DNA from: Promethearchaeota archaeon
GTDB taxonomy: Archaea > Asgardarchaeota > Lokiarchaeia > Sigyniarchaeales > SOKP01
Direction of reading: 5' to 3'
Length of the DNA: 49,322 nt
Assembly: GCA_016930515.1 (NCBI GenBank)
Contig: JAFGGO010000182.1
Coordinates: 1-49,322, forward strand
Part shown: positions 39,200 through 49,269 of the stretch, piece by piece
How positions within the stretch are numbered: the stretch's first letter is position 1
Layout of the letters: each line of letters begins with the position of its first letter
Translations under genes and position numbers: made by a program
The notes under the pieces: model-generated
What the model was told of the DNA's origin: nothing
What the model saw: the letters and a program-made list of their open reading frames with translations, nothing else
Database searches by the model: none

Positions 39200-39643
39200 C
39201 TATAAAATAGAAGTAAATTTAAAAGTTAATTTTTCTGGCTTATTAATTGGTATTCGCCATTGATAAGAATTGGGATATTCTTCAGAAATGGCAATGATCG
39301 TATCATCTTTTACCTCAAGAGATCTAAAAATTTCGCTAAAAGACACATTTAATATCCATTTTAAAGTATTATCTTTGTTCTCTACAACTGCCACCCACCC
39401 TTCTTCTTCCCAACTAGTTCCTCCCCCAAAAAAGGATAGAGATCCTAAAGTAAGATCACATTTTGGATTTTTATATATCAAATGCCACCCCTTATAAATT
39501 ACTTCTTGTATTGGATGCTTTTCACCCATATATATATTTTTTGTACTATAGGAGTAGGAAATTGGAATATAATAATCAGGGAAAATTATTCCATCAACAG
39601 TAAGACAACATTTTTTTTCTCATTTTTTTTGAATAATGTTCAT
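39200..39643 (-). pseudogene. Probable pseudogene of a hypothetical protein with an in-frame TGA at codon 8
   Basis: ATG at 39643 is in frame with the 109-aa ORF: MNIIQKK*EKKCCLTVDGIIFPD...MGEKHP; TGA at 39622-39620. Confidence 0.5.
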
Positions 39644-39894
39644 ATTGTCATCCCTTATTTTTATATTATGATTATTATTGTGAAGATCCTAAATCAATAA
39701 TCTTATCATGCATTATTAATGAAGAAAAAATGCCATAATATTTCAGGAATAAAATTGATTCATGAGATTTTCTTTTCTTTATTTTTTACCTTCTATCTTA
39801 TATATTTCCTAGCACTGCTTAATGATAAAGAATTCATTTACCTAAATGATATATCTGTAAAAAATTATAAATAAAAAGTAGTATTTTCTCCATC

Positions 39895-40941
39895 ATGACT
39901 ACGAAATTTCTTGTTACGGGCGGAGCTGGGTTTCTTGGTATTAACCTATGTCGATATCTACTCAAAAAAGGATACGATGTTCGAAGTTTAGATATGGCAG
40001 AGTTCGATTATCCCGAAATTGATCGCGTTGAAGTCGTAACTGGAGATATAAGAAACGAAAAAATTGTTAATCAAGCACTGGAAGGTATAGATATTGTCGT
40101 TCATTGTGCTGCAGCCTTGCCTTTGTACACTCCCGAAGAGATTTATGCTGTAGATGTTGTTGGTACGGAAGTTGTCATGAAAAGCGCATTAAAGCATAAA
40201 GTCGATCGAGCCGTGATGATCTCATCAACGGCAGTGTACGGCATCCCAGATCATCACCCCCTTTTCGAAGACGATCGATTGGAAGGAGTTGGTCCATACG
40301 GAGAAGCAAAAATTCTCGCAGAAAAGGTATGTGAAAAATACCGAAAAAATGGACTGTGCGTATCCATATTGCGCCCGAAATCTTTTATAGGGGAAGAGCG
40401 CCTTGGAGTGTTTGCGATTTATTACGATTGGGTAGTAAGTAAAAAAAGCGTGCCAATAGTGGGAAACGGAAAGAATCGCTATCAACTTTTAGATGTTCAG
40501 GATTTATGCGAAGCGTGCCACCTAGCGTCCACCTTACCAAAAGAAAAGGTTAACGATGTGTTTAATATAGGGGCCAAGAAGTTCACGACCATGAAAGAAG
40601 ATTTTGGAGCCGTTCTAACCAAGGCGGGATTTGGCAAGAGAATAATTCCCACACCCCCAAAATTAACCATTTTGGGATTGAGAATCCTTGAAAAGATGAA
40701 ATTATCGCCATTATACAAATGGGTATACGAGACCGCTCCTGAAGACTCCTTCGTTTCGATAGAGAAAGCCGAAAAAGTGTTGGGTTTTAAGCCCAAGTAC
40801 AGTACCAAGAGAACGCTGGTAAAAACCTATGAATGGTACAAGAATAACTATGAAAAAACCATTAATAAAACGGGCATTTCCCACCGGGTACCCTGGTCTC
40901 AGGGAATTCTGAAATACGCTAAAAAATTAATGATATTATAA
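39895..40941 (+). CDS. NAD-dependent epimerase/dehydratase (extended SDR)
   Basis: TGGAGFLG, HCAA, SSTAVYG, YGEAK. Confidence 0.92.
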   Translation: MTTKFLVTGGAGFLGINLCRYLLKKGYDVRSLDMAEFDYPEIDRVEVVTGDIRNEKIVNQALEGIDIVVHCAAALPLYTPEEIYAVDVVGTEVVMKSALKHKVDRAVMISSTAVYGIPDHHPLFEDDRLEGVGPYGEAKILAEKVCEKYRKNGLCVSILRPKSFIGEERLGVFAIYYDWVVSKKSVPIVGNGKNRYQLLDVQDLCEACHLASTLPKEKVNDVFNIGAKKFTTMKEDFGAVLTKAGFGKRIIPTPPKLTILGLRILEKMKLSPLYKWVYETAPEDSFVSIEKAEKVLGFKPKYSTKRTLVKTYEWYKNNYEKTINKTGISHRVPWSQGILKYAKKLMIL

Positions 40942-41162
40942 TACTTTCATTTCAATTTGATTTTTGAAAACTCGGGATTAATTTTTACATCAATTAGATT
41001 CTAATTTCAACTCTGGTAAAAATAATTTTACAAGATGTAAAAATTGTTTTACAAATATTATTGATGAAATCCTCAGAAAGACTTAAATAGTACCCCAATT
41101 TATTGTTTATGTAAATTAGCTCGAAGCAAGGCTAATTAGCATTAACATTTCTTGGAAGAAGA

Positions 41163-41185
41163 AATTAAACATGACATGTTTAATT
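41163..41185. promoter_or_regulatory. Perfect palindrome upstream of the transglutaminase-like operon
   Basis: AATTAAACATG-A-CATGTTTAATT, 11-bp arms, ending 32 nt before the ATG. Confidence 0.6.
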
Positions 41186-41217
41186 ATTTAAAAAAAAGAA
41201 ATTAGAGAGACAAAAAA

Positions 41218-42462
41218 ATGAATACAAAAAAAAAATCGATTTTAAAATATACGACATTAGCTTTTGTAGTATATGGACTGATTCTTTCGGCAACGAGCGC
41301 ATCTTTCTCAACTGATAGACCTAGCGAGAGTTTTTCAATTGCTTTAAGCACTTCAATTGCGACTAATTATACAATTCCACAAAGTATTAAATGTGAAGTA
41401 GTGCTTGATTTTAACTTCACTCAAACTGACTCGACCCCCCAAAATTTCTCTTGTAAAGTACCTCGTTTCGATACAAGAGGCCCAAGTTCACTTTTATCCG
41501 CGGATACACCTCCTTATCAAGAAAGTGTGTTATTAGAACACGAGATCGAGGGATCTCAATACGAACCATTTGCAACTCAAGACCGATTTAACAATACTTT
41601 TGATGTGTTTAACTACACGAACATGCCACAAGGCCAGGAGATGAGTTACCATGCGAAATACAATGTGTATCTAAACCAAATAATATTTGACGACCTCGAA
41701 GAATACAATCCATCATACGATTATTTCGATCCTATCTTCGACTTGTATTGCAATGTTTCTGATGTATTTGCTAATACGAGCGATCCACAACTCATCAATT
41801 GCGCGTTGAACGAAGTTGGAATTAATGCTGATGATTCCCCAATGACTAAGGCGCGAAAAACATGCGCTTTCGTGAGCGATCATCTGATCTTTCAATCAAT
41901 GTCTGGCGTACATAGAGGTGCATCATGGGCGTACGAAAATGGAAAAGGTGATGGATCGGAGTTTTGCGACCTAATGATAGCCCTTCTTCGGATATATGAT
42001 ATTCCAGCCCGAAAAGTCGAGGGATATTTTATAGGTCCAAACCTGCAATTCAGACCGTATGAGGGTTATTCCCAAACGAATTACTTTAACTCGGCCATCT
42101 GGGTGGAATATTACGTGCCTAACGTTGGATGGATTGCGTGCGAACCACAAGTAGCAAGTAAATACAAGACGAGTTATTACACGCTCTTAAATATTGTTGC
42201 GGGCTCTTGGTTTGATTTCCCTAGAATTGACAATTCCACGCTTTTGCTTTCAGAATGGGGTAATGCAATGTATTTAAAGAGTTCTTCCTACGACGCTGCA
42301 ATTAATTTCACCGTTACGGTCTTAGATACGAGTCTAACAAGTTTGCCAGAGAGTATTGGAATTAATTCAATTTTATCAACAAGCATGGTTCTATTTTGTT
42401 CTATTGCGTTGATTTCGCTTGCAGTGTTTCGTAAAAGAAAAACAAGGATCAGAGCTGATTAA
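41218..42462 (+). CDS. Secreted, C-terminally anchored transglutaminase-like protein with a degenerate catalytic triad
   Basis: Signal peptide; GDGSEF...ALLRIYDIPARKVEG...AIWVEYYVPNVGWIACEP; C-terminal TM followed by RKRK. Confidence 0.82.
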   Translation: MNTKKKSILKYTTLAFVVYGLILSATSASFSTDRPSESFSIALSTSIATNYTIPQSIKCEVVLDFNFTQTDSTPQNFSCKVPRFDTRGPSSLLSADTPPYQESVLLEHEIEGSQYEPFATQDRFNNTFDVFNYTNMPQGQEMSYHAKYNVYLNQIIFDDLEEYNPSYDYFDPIFDLYCNVSDVFANTSDPQLINCALNEVGINADDSPMTKARKTCAFVSDHLIFQSMSGVHRGASWAYENGKGDGSEFCDLMIALLRIYDIPARKVEGYFIGPNLQFRPYEGYSQTNYFNSAIWVEYYVPNVGWIACEPQVASKYKTSYYTLLNIVAGSWFDFPRIDNSTLLLSEWGNAMYLKSSSYDAAINFTVTVLDTSLTSLPESIGINSILSTSMVLFCSIALISLAVFRKRKTRIRAD

Positions 42463-42464
42463 TC

Positions 42465-43364
42465 TTGGGAGAAGAATTAAAGGTATCAAAATTTGAGCAG
42501 ATGAAGTTGTTGTTACGGAAAAAGGATGTGATCTTTTTTATTGGATTGTATTGTTTTTCGTTAATTGTCGTGTCATTATTTTCTGACCAAATTGGGTTTT
42601 CTTACATAGATTATATAACATTTTATGCAGGGATTTCGATACTCCTTTGTTTGACGCTAATTGTTACAAAAAACATTAAACCAAGAGAGATAACAACGAA
42701 AAATGATCTTACAGAAAGTTCCGTCTTGTATGGCTGGACAATTTTGATGATTTTAACCCTATTTAATTTTATATTTACCTTGCGGAGTTTAGGCATTACG
42801 AGTGGAATATATATAACTGTCATTAACGCTATATTTAACAGTATAACCCTGTTTTTAATTCCCTTAATTACTTTAGTATATATCCGAAAGTATTCCTATG
42901 ATTCCCTTGGTTTTTCTAAAGACCAATTAAAGAAAAACGCAATTGCTTCTATTATCGTGTTTGTAGGAATATTAGTGGCGATTTTTATCGTCCAAATAAC
43001 CATCTTTGAGAACGATATTTCTTATGTGATTACTCAACTACCGTTAGCACTCATTCAGAATCTCTTTATTGCAGCCTTGCCAGAGGAATTTATTTTCAGG
43101 GCAACGATTCAAACCCGCATGTCAAACAAATACGAATCCAAGGTACGTGGGATAATCATCACCACCTTGTTATTTGGTGTCTTACATGCCATTTCATGGG
43201 GTCAATCTGGTAATTACAGCATTGAATTAATTTTCCTATTGATATTTAGAGCTATTGTATTTCAAGCATTAATAGGTCTAGTGTTTGGAATAATGTGGGC
43301 AAGGACACACAATTTAATACTTCCTATTATAGCTCACATGGCGTGGAATTGTATATACCTTTAA
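42465..43364 (+). CDS. CPBP (CAAX/Abi) intramembrane metalloprotease
   Basis: PEEFIFR, FGVLH, HMAWN; multi-TM; starts 2 nt after the upstream stop. Confidence 0.88.
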   Translation: MGEELKVSKFEQMKLLLRKKDVIFFIGLYCFSLIVVSLFSDQIGFSYIDYITFYAGISILLCLTLIVTKNIKPREITTKNDLTESSVLYGWTILMILTLFNFIFTLRSLGITSGIYITVINAIFNSITLFLIPLITLVYIRKYSYDSLGFSKDQLKKNAIASIIVFVGILVAIFIVQITIFENDISYVITQLPLALIQNLFIAALPEEFIFRATIQTRMSNKYESKVRGIIITTLLFGVLHAISWGQSGNYSIELIFLLIFRAIVFQALIGLVFGIMWARTHNLILPIIAHMAWNCIYL

Positions 43365-43410
43365 TTTATTAAATATCTCTTTTTTTTTCTTCTTTTAAAT
43401 ATATGATAAT

Positions 43411-44139
43411 TTATTTTTTATATGAAAGGCTAAGATATACAATAGAACATATAATGGTAATTAACAAAAACATCAAACCTATTAGTTCTTTAACGGGGCT
43501 TGACACATTCTTGCCAGCAACTTGAAGCGTGCCAAAAATTATTATAACGCTTACATAACCTAAAATACTAATCAAAAAAACAAGTATTTTATTTATTTTT
43601 TTTTTTAGAAAAAAGATCCATATAAACATTTGAATGAAAATGTACGAAAAAATCGATTTTGTACGATAGGAGACGAGGACGATTGTCAATACCCAGAAAA
43701 TCGTGAGTATTATGCCTATGAGTAAAATGTATTGGAGCATCATTATTAATCCTAAAGTAAATAGAAAATACGACCACGCAGTTAAAAAAATTATAATTGG
43801 ACTTAATCTACTAAAATTGTGTCCTATTTCAGAGACTTTAAGGATAAAAGAATTTTTCGTTTCGCTAAACAAAATCATGGATTTTTTTCCTTCTTTGGTC
43901 AGGTAATAATCCCCCTCGTTCGTTTTTTCTACTAAATTCGCGTCTACCAAGATCTTTATATGATACGCTATGTTACTAGAGGCGGGTAATTCCAGAGTTT
44001 TTAATAGCCGAGAGTATGAGACTGGTCCGTTATTTTCTTCAATAACGCGAATTATATCGCGCCGTACATAATGCCCTAAAGCTTTAAGGACGCTTTTTAT
44101 TTTTCCCTCATTTTCTTCCATTTCAGAACAGGTCTCCAT
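43411..44139 (-). CDS. ArsR-like winged-helix regulator fused to a multi-TM domain
   Basis: LKALGHYVRRDII...IAYHIKIL...YYLTKEG followed by about 4-5 TM segments. Confidence 0.8.
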   Translation of the reverse strand: METCSEMEENEGKIKSVLKALGHYVRRDIIRVIEENNGPVSYSRLLKTLELPASSNIAYHIKILVDANLVEKTNEGDYYLTKEGKKSMILFSETKNSFILKVSEIGHNFSRLSPIIIFLTAWSYFLFTLGLIMMLQYILLIGIILTIFWVLTIVLVSYRTKSIFSYIFIQMFIWIFFLKKKINKILVFLISILGYVSVIIIFGTLQVAGKNVSSPVKELIGLMFLLITIICSIVYLSLSYKK

Positions 44140-44301
44140 ACGATTTTGTAAATATTAAAACATGAAGAGTAATAAAAATCCATCTGGTAGATTTGTGAAA
44201 TTTAGAAATTTTTCAAAGAATGTTTCAATCGTTGTTAATAATAAATTTGTCTTGAAGAATGCTTATTTTTGATTTAAACTGGGTTAAAGAGAGTTATTCT
44301 A

Positions 44302-44823
44302 TTACTTGTTGTTTTTCATTATACTGTGAATTAATTCAGTGAACACTTCTTCGATGTTATAGCCAGTTTTAGCAGATGTGAACAAATGAATCCCGATATT
44401 TAGCGTTTTCAAGATATTATCGATACTTTCTGCATCGATTGGTTTATCATCACTAAGATCTATTTTATTACCAACCACGATAAAAGAGATTTGTTCAATA
44501 TTGTTGATAATTTTATTGATCTCGTTGTTCCAAAGGATAAGGTTATTAAATGTTTCCCTTCTGGCAATATCATAGACTAGAACACATCCACTGGATTTTT
44601 TTAGGATAGTATTAAGTACCTTATTGTTAGGATATCGAGCTCCACATAAATCCCAAAAATTCAAAGTGTATTTATTTTTGTCAACTTTAATCGTTAGCAC
44701 GGTGTAATCCACTCCAACTGTTATCATTTGAGATTCGTGAAATTTATTGAGCATATATCTTTTTAAAATTGAAGTTTTTCCAACAGCACCATCTCCAATG
44801 ATGATAATCTTAAGATTTTTTAT
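44302..44823 (-). CDS. Rab-like small GTPase
   Basis: G1 GDGAVGKTS, G2 TVGVDY, G3 WDLCG, G4 NKID, G5 SAK. Start is ATA 44823 or TTG 44841. Confidence 0.88.
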   Translation of the reverse strand: MKNLKIIIIGDGAVGKTSILKRYMLNKFHESQMITVGVDYTVLTIKVDKNKYTLNFWDLCGARYPNNKVLNTILKKSSGCVLVYDIARRETFNNLILWNNEINKIINNIEQISFIVVGNKIDLSDDKPIDAESIDNILKTLNIGIHLFTSAKTGYNIEEVFTELIHSIMKNNK

Positions 44824-44932
44824 TATTTTACACCATCTCAAGTTAAACGAAAAAGCATATTTTTACAGAATGTTCTATGGTTTTACTGTAATATTTGTTT
44901 GAAATTTAAAAGAAAGAAGGTATAATTATAAT

Positions 44933-46099
44933 TTATTTTTTTTTCATCTTGAAAAAGACCACGGCAAGTACCAAGAAGGCACCCGTCAACAAGAGCAAGA
45001 TCAAGAAATCCATGTAGAACATGTCCATTCCAAAGCCGTTTATCATAATGGCCCTGCTGATGTTTATCGAGTAAGTCATGGGGATGAAATAAGAGATGAC
45101 TTGAAATACTTCTGGAAAAGAGTTTATTGGGAATATAAACCCGGAAAAGAACATCGAGGGAATCAGGAGCAACGGTATGAATTGAAACGCCTGGAGCTCG
45201 TTCTTTGCAAAAGTTGAGGCAAAGATGCCCAACCCAACGCACGACATCGCATAGACGAATAAGATGAAGAATAAAAGCAAGATGTTGCCAACAATATGGA
45301 TTTGAAAAAAGAGCACCGAAATCACCAATAACAGAACACTTTGAACCAAGGCGATAAGCGAATTGCCGAGCAAGTAACCCAGCACGAATTCGGATTTTGA
45401 TGTCGATGTTGTCTTGACCCTGAACAAGGTTCCCGTCAATCTTTCCTTGGTAAAACCACCAGTAACCGTTAAGATCATGAATAAAAAGATAGCAAAACTG
45501 AGAATACCCGGCCCGAGAGAATCAATGGGCCTGAGGTCTGAGCTTCCCGCAACATAGATGGTGTTAAGCTCTAAATGTGGGTCTTCCGCGCCAGATATTT
45601 CGTTGAGAACCTCCCCTATTGCTTCTGTAACTGCGGCAAACACAGAACTAATCGTCTGAGGGTCGCTTCCGTCCACATAGATCGATAGTTGTATGTGTGT
45701 CGAGAAATTGAGCATTTCTTCAGAAAAGTCTGCAGGAATTACTAATAAAGCGTAATAGTTGTTTCCTCCGTAAACTTTTGCACGTTCGCTGGCAAGATCA
45801 AAACTAATCGAATTTAATATCGACACGGAAACTCGATCGTCTGCTTTAAGTACATTAATAAAAAGGTCAGAAAATTGCGTGTCGTTGACCATCATAGGTA
45901 TTCCCGTCCCACCCTCGTCCAGATTGACGATCTTTATTGGCACGTGTTTTACAGGTTGCCCAAAAGCGAGACCAAACAGGACCATTAAAAGGATTGGCAT
46001 AAAAATAAGTAAACCCACGCTACGCTTATCGTGCGCTAGGGCTTGGAGATTCTTTCTAGTGATGGCTAAAACTCGCTTCATGCTAATTCTCATGGCCAT
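44933..46099 (-). CDS. ABC-2 exporter permease (YbhR/S-like)
   Basis: N-terminal TM, extracellular domain (VDGSDP), ERLTGTL, FSGFIFP, PMTY. Confidence 0.88.
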   Translation of the reverse strand: MAMRISMKRVLAITRKNLQALAHDKRSVGLLIFMPILLMVLFGLAFGQPVKHVPIKIVNLDEGGTGIPMMVNDTQFSDLFINVLKADDRVSVSILNSISFDLASERAKVYGGNNYYALLVIPADFSEEMLNFSTHIQLSIYVDGSDPQTISSVFAAVTEAIGEVLNEISGAEDPHLELNTIYVAGSSDLRPIDSLGPGILSFAIFLFMILTVTGGFTKERLTGTLFRVKTTSTSKSEFVLGYLLGNSLIALVQSVLLLVISVLFFQIHIVGNILLLFFILFVYAMSCVGLGIFASTFAKNELQAFQFIPLLLIPSMFFSGFIFPINSFPEVFQVISYFIPMTYSINISRAIMINGFGMDMFYMDFLILLLLTGAFLVLAVVFFKMKKK

Positions 46100-46853
46100 T
46101 ATCTCTCATTTTTTTCTCTTGATGCGTAAAGTAAATAAATACATCTTCCATATCCGGCATTTCGTCAAGATTTTTGGCGCTTTTGACATTTTTCATGAGT
46201 TCCTCGGGTGTTCCCGATACAACAATTTTTTTATTCATAAGACCGATCCGATCGCAGTTTGTAGATTCCGCCAAGTAGTGTGTAGTGATGAGAATGGTTA
46301 CCTCTTTTTCTCTCGAGATTTGTTTGAAGAAATCCCAGAACTCGATCCTGAGCTCTGGATCGACCCCTACAGTGGGTTCGTCCAAGATCAAAATACTTGG
46401 CTCGTGGATTAGGGCCACGGCAAGCGAGCACCTCCTTTGCATGCCACCCGAACACTTCGACACGATCCTCTTTCGAAATTCTTCCATATCGACCAATTCA
46501 AGGATCTTTTGAATTCGTCCAGCAATATTGGACTTAGGAATCCGGTATAATTTAGCGAAGAATTTCAAATTTTGCTCGACTGTTAAGTCTAAATAAAGCG
46601 AGAGGTCTTGAGGCATGAACCCAATGAGTTGATAAACCTCGCTAATCTTTTCGGGAATTTTTCTTCCCGCAATGGTTATGATAGCTCCCGGATCAGGGCT
46701 GAGGATATCCAACAAGATAGAAATAGTCGTCGTCTTACCCGATCCATTCGGTCCAATGAGCCCGTAGATCTCACCTTCTCCTACGCTTAAATTGAGGTCT
46801 TCTAGGGCCTTGAAATGCCCAAAAGTTTTTGAAAGGTGTGATATTTCAATCAT
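46083..46853 (-). CDS. ABC transporter ATP-binding protein
   Basis: GPNGSGKTT, CSGGMQRR, ILDEPTVGVDP, ITTH. Confidence 0.93.
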   Translation of the reverse strand: MIEISHLSKTFGHFKALEDLNLSVGEGEIYGLIGPNGSGKTTTISILLDILSPDPGAIITIAGRKIPEKISEVYQLIGFMPQDLSLYLDLTVEQNLKFFAKLYRIPKSNIAGRIQKILELVDMEEFRKRIVSKCSGGMQRRCSLAVALIHEPSILILDEPTVGVDPELRIEFWDFFKQISREKEVTILITTHYLAESTNCDRIGLMNKKIVVSGTPEELMKNVKSAKNLDEMPDMEDVFIYFTHQEKKMRDNGHEN

Positions 46854-47345
46854 TTCTTTGAATGATAATAATTTTAAAAATTAAGTAAGCTAGAAGTGAC
46901 TAACATATATAAAAATTGTTTAAAAAATGAAAGGAATTTAGGAAAACAAGTTAATAGTTCTATTAGGATGAGACCAAGGAAGTTGTCACGAATTTATATG
47001 CTCTAAACGCACTATTCGATGGCCGTTCTAAAAGATGACTGTCAGAAAGATAAGTTTCTCGAAGGTACGAAATTCAACCTAGAGGGTAGATTGGAGTTCA
47101 CGATCACCCTGAAGGGCATCACATTTATAGCTTAGAAGTATATTGTACTTTAAGAGATGAGAAATAAATTATAGCCAAGGAGGAGGCGTGCTTTTCTTTC
47201 CCTCGAACGAACCTCACGGTCATACAATCGAGGGAGAAAAAGGGTACTTTTTCTTCCTTTTCTATCTGTCATTCCATTTATAGGAAAAGAATTAAGATCA
47301 TTTCTTATTTTATAAGCAATCCTGATCAATGAAATGCATCATGAA

Positions 47346-48119
47346 TTAGATTCCTTCCTCTCTTTCAGTGTATTCGACATTTACTGTAAATATTTCAAAA
47401 ATATTTTGTTTATGTGCTATTTTGTGCATAAAGAGATTTCTTCTTTTCTTGCTTGAGTCAAAAAGGAACACGACTGGTAATGAAAGTATCATTAGGAGAA
47501 CGGGAAAAAGTATAAGAAAAAGCATTAGAAAAGTCACTTCAGATGACTTAAAAATCTGTGATATATATGAAATTATCACGCCTATCCCTGAATAACCTTT
47601 CAATAAAAAATCGAACCAATTTCCAACATTTTGTGCTTGAATATTCTTTTTTTTCCCTTTAAAAGCCTTATCGTTTGAATATGAAATTCCAGAATCCTCT
47701 AAACACCAGATCGCAGAAAATATCCCAAATGATAGTATAAATAAGAAAGGGAACAATAGTATTGATATCACTAATGTATCTTCCATTTTAACACTATAAG
47801 CGTGATATAGAAAGAATTGATATATTAAATTATTATCCGAAAGAAGAAATGTAAGATTAATAGTTAATAAAACTGGAAAAATGATTCGAGATTTTTTTGT
47901 ACTTGATATATTCACGCTATTTTCTTGAAATCCATACCTCATTTTTCTCCCAACTGATTTTCTGTGAATATATAGAAAGAATGGCGCAAGAACATAAATA
48001 CCTATAGCATAACCGATGAAAGGAGCTATAAAAAATAGAATACCAATTAAGTTGAGATATATTAAGAAAGGATAAACTAATACTAGAAGGGATGCAAGTA
48101 TGTATATATAATTCTTCAT
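47346..48119 (-). CDS. Hypothetical multi-pass membrane protein
   Basis: About 6 TM; WCLEDSGI...VGNWF...LKGYSGI segment. Confidence 0.7.
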   Translation of the reverse strand: MKNYIYILASLLVLVYPFLIYLNLIGILFFIAPFIGYAIGIYVLAPFFLYIHRKSVGRKMRYGFQENSVNISSTKKSRIIFPVLLTINLTFLLSDNNLIYQFFLYHAYSVKMEDTLVISILLFPFLFILSFGIFSAIWCLEDSGISYSNDKAFKGKKKNIQAQNVGNWFDFLLKGYSGIGVIISYISQIFKSSEVTFLMLFLILFPVLLMILSLPVVFLFDSSKKRRNLFMHKIAHKQNIFEIFTVNVEYTEREEGI

Positions 48120-48371
48120 TTCAAATCAATTAATATTCATTTTCTTTAAGATTATAAATTATAATACAAATATAAAGCCATCACGGTATTTTTTGCAGTA
48201 GTTTGTTGAAAACGGACAATTAGATATCAAATAAGAAATCAAATCTTAAAATATAGTAACGAACTAGAAATGGCGAGTGGTTTATTTAGCATTTACCAAT
48301 TCTCTTGATAAGGTCAATGAATTTGATCAGATTCGATCTATCAACAAGTTAGAAGAAAAAGACAGGATTGT

Positions 48372-49169
48372 TTATTTTCCCTTGTAATTAGGCCTTCTTC
48401 TTTCGAAAAAGGAGCTCATTCCTTCTTGAAAGTCTTGAGTACCAGCCATTTTACTCACGCTTTCCAGTTCTCTATCCAAGTGAGTGTTTAAATCGTTCTT
48501 GTATGAATTTAACAAGAGTTTTTTCGTGTTTCCGTACGCTAGCGTGGGACCATTTTTTATTTTTGCAATGAGTTTTTCGGCACCTTCTTGCATGCATTTA
48601 ATGTCCCCATATACTTTTGAGACTAATCTATTTTCCAACGCATCTTTAGAAGTTAATACCTTGTTTAAATACACCATTTCGTTTGTTAATGGTAAACCAA
48701 TTATTTTTGGAAGGTAATAAGTCAAGGAAGAATCGGGAGTCAATCCTATATTAGTGAACGCCACGTTAAACTTGGCGCCTTGAGCGCAAATTCTAATATC
48801 ACAAGCGCACGCCAAACTGAATCCCACTCCAAAGCAAGGGCCGTTTATAGCTGCAATACTAGGAGCGTTTATTGATTTTAGGATCTTTATACCCCCGTGA
48901 AAGATTGAAGCAAGCTCGTAAAGATGCGTTCCAGGATCCTTTGCCTTTTGAAATTCAGCTAAATCTCCTCCCGCACAGAAAGCAGGACCTCTTGCAGCAA
49001 TTAAGATGCATCGCACGAAATCTTTTTTAGAAATCGATTTCATCGCCGAAATGAAATCCAAGCACATTTGACGATTAATGGCATTAAGCTGTTCTGGTCG
49101 ATTTAAATAAAGCGTTGCACATTCATCAGTTTCAGATATATCCAATTCAATGGTATCGTATTGAATCAT
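48372..49169 (-). CDS. Enoyl-CoA hydratase/isomerase (PaaG-like)
   Basis: LNRPEQLNA, FCAGGDL, AAINGPCFGVG, ACDIR, GLTPD, DFQEG. Confidence 0.92.
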   Translation of the reverse strand: MIQYDTIELDISETDECATLYLNRPEQLNAINRQMCLDFISAMKSISKKDFVRCILIAARGPAFCAGGDLAEFQKAKDPGTHLYELASIFHGGIKILKSINAPSIAAINGPCFGVGFSLACACDIRICAQGAKFNVAFTNIGLTPDSSLTYYLPKIIGLPLTNEMVYLNKVLTSKDALENRLVSKVYGDIKCMQEGAEKLIAKIKNGPTLAYGNTKKLLLNSYKNDLNTHLDRELESVSKMAGTQDFQEGMSSFFERRRPNYKGK

Positions 49170-49269
49170 TCGAATTAATTCCTTTTATATTGGCAAATTT
49201 GATGAGTAATATAATGTAAAATCATCTTTAAATTTATAAGAAAAATTCCTTGCGAACTAGCGTTCGCTT

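Noticed and set aside
12999-44841. A eukaryote-like prenylation pathway (prenyltransferase fold + CAAX proteases + Rab)
   Set aside because: The genes are scattered, the barrel seems to lack Zn ligands, no alpha subunit is present, the GTPase has no C-terminal Cys, and CPBP proteases are widespread in prokaryotes.
47177-47259. SECIS element or group II intron domain V
   Set aside because: No adjacent TGA-containing selenoprotein gene and no AGC triad or other diagnostic motif in the proper position.
1322-48717. Many short ORFs antisense to or nested in longer genes (e.g. 3331-3852, 22572-23045, 45879-46412)
   Set aside because: They overlap well-supported genes and have no recognisable motifs; treated as shadow ORFs.
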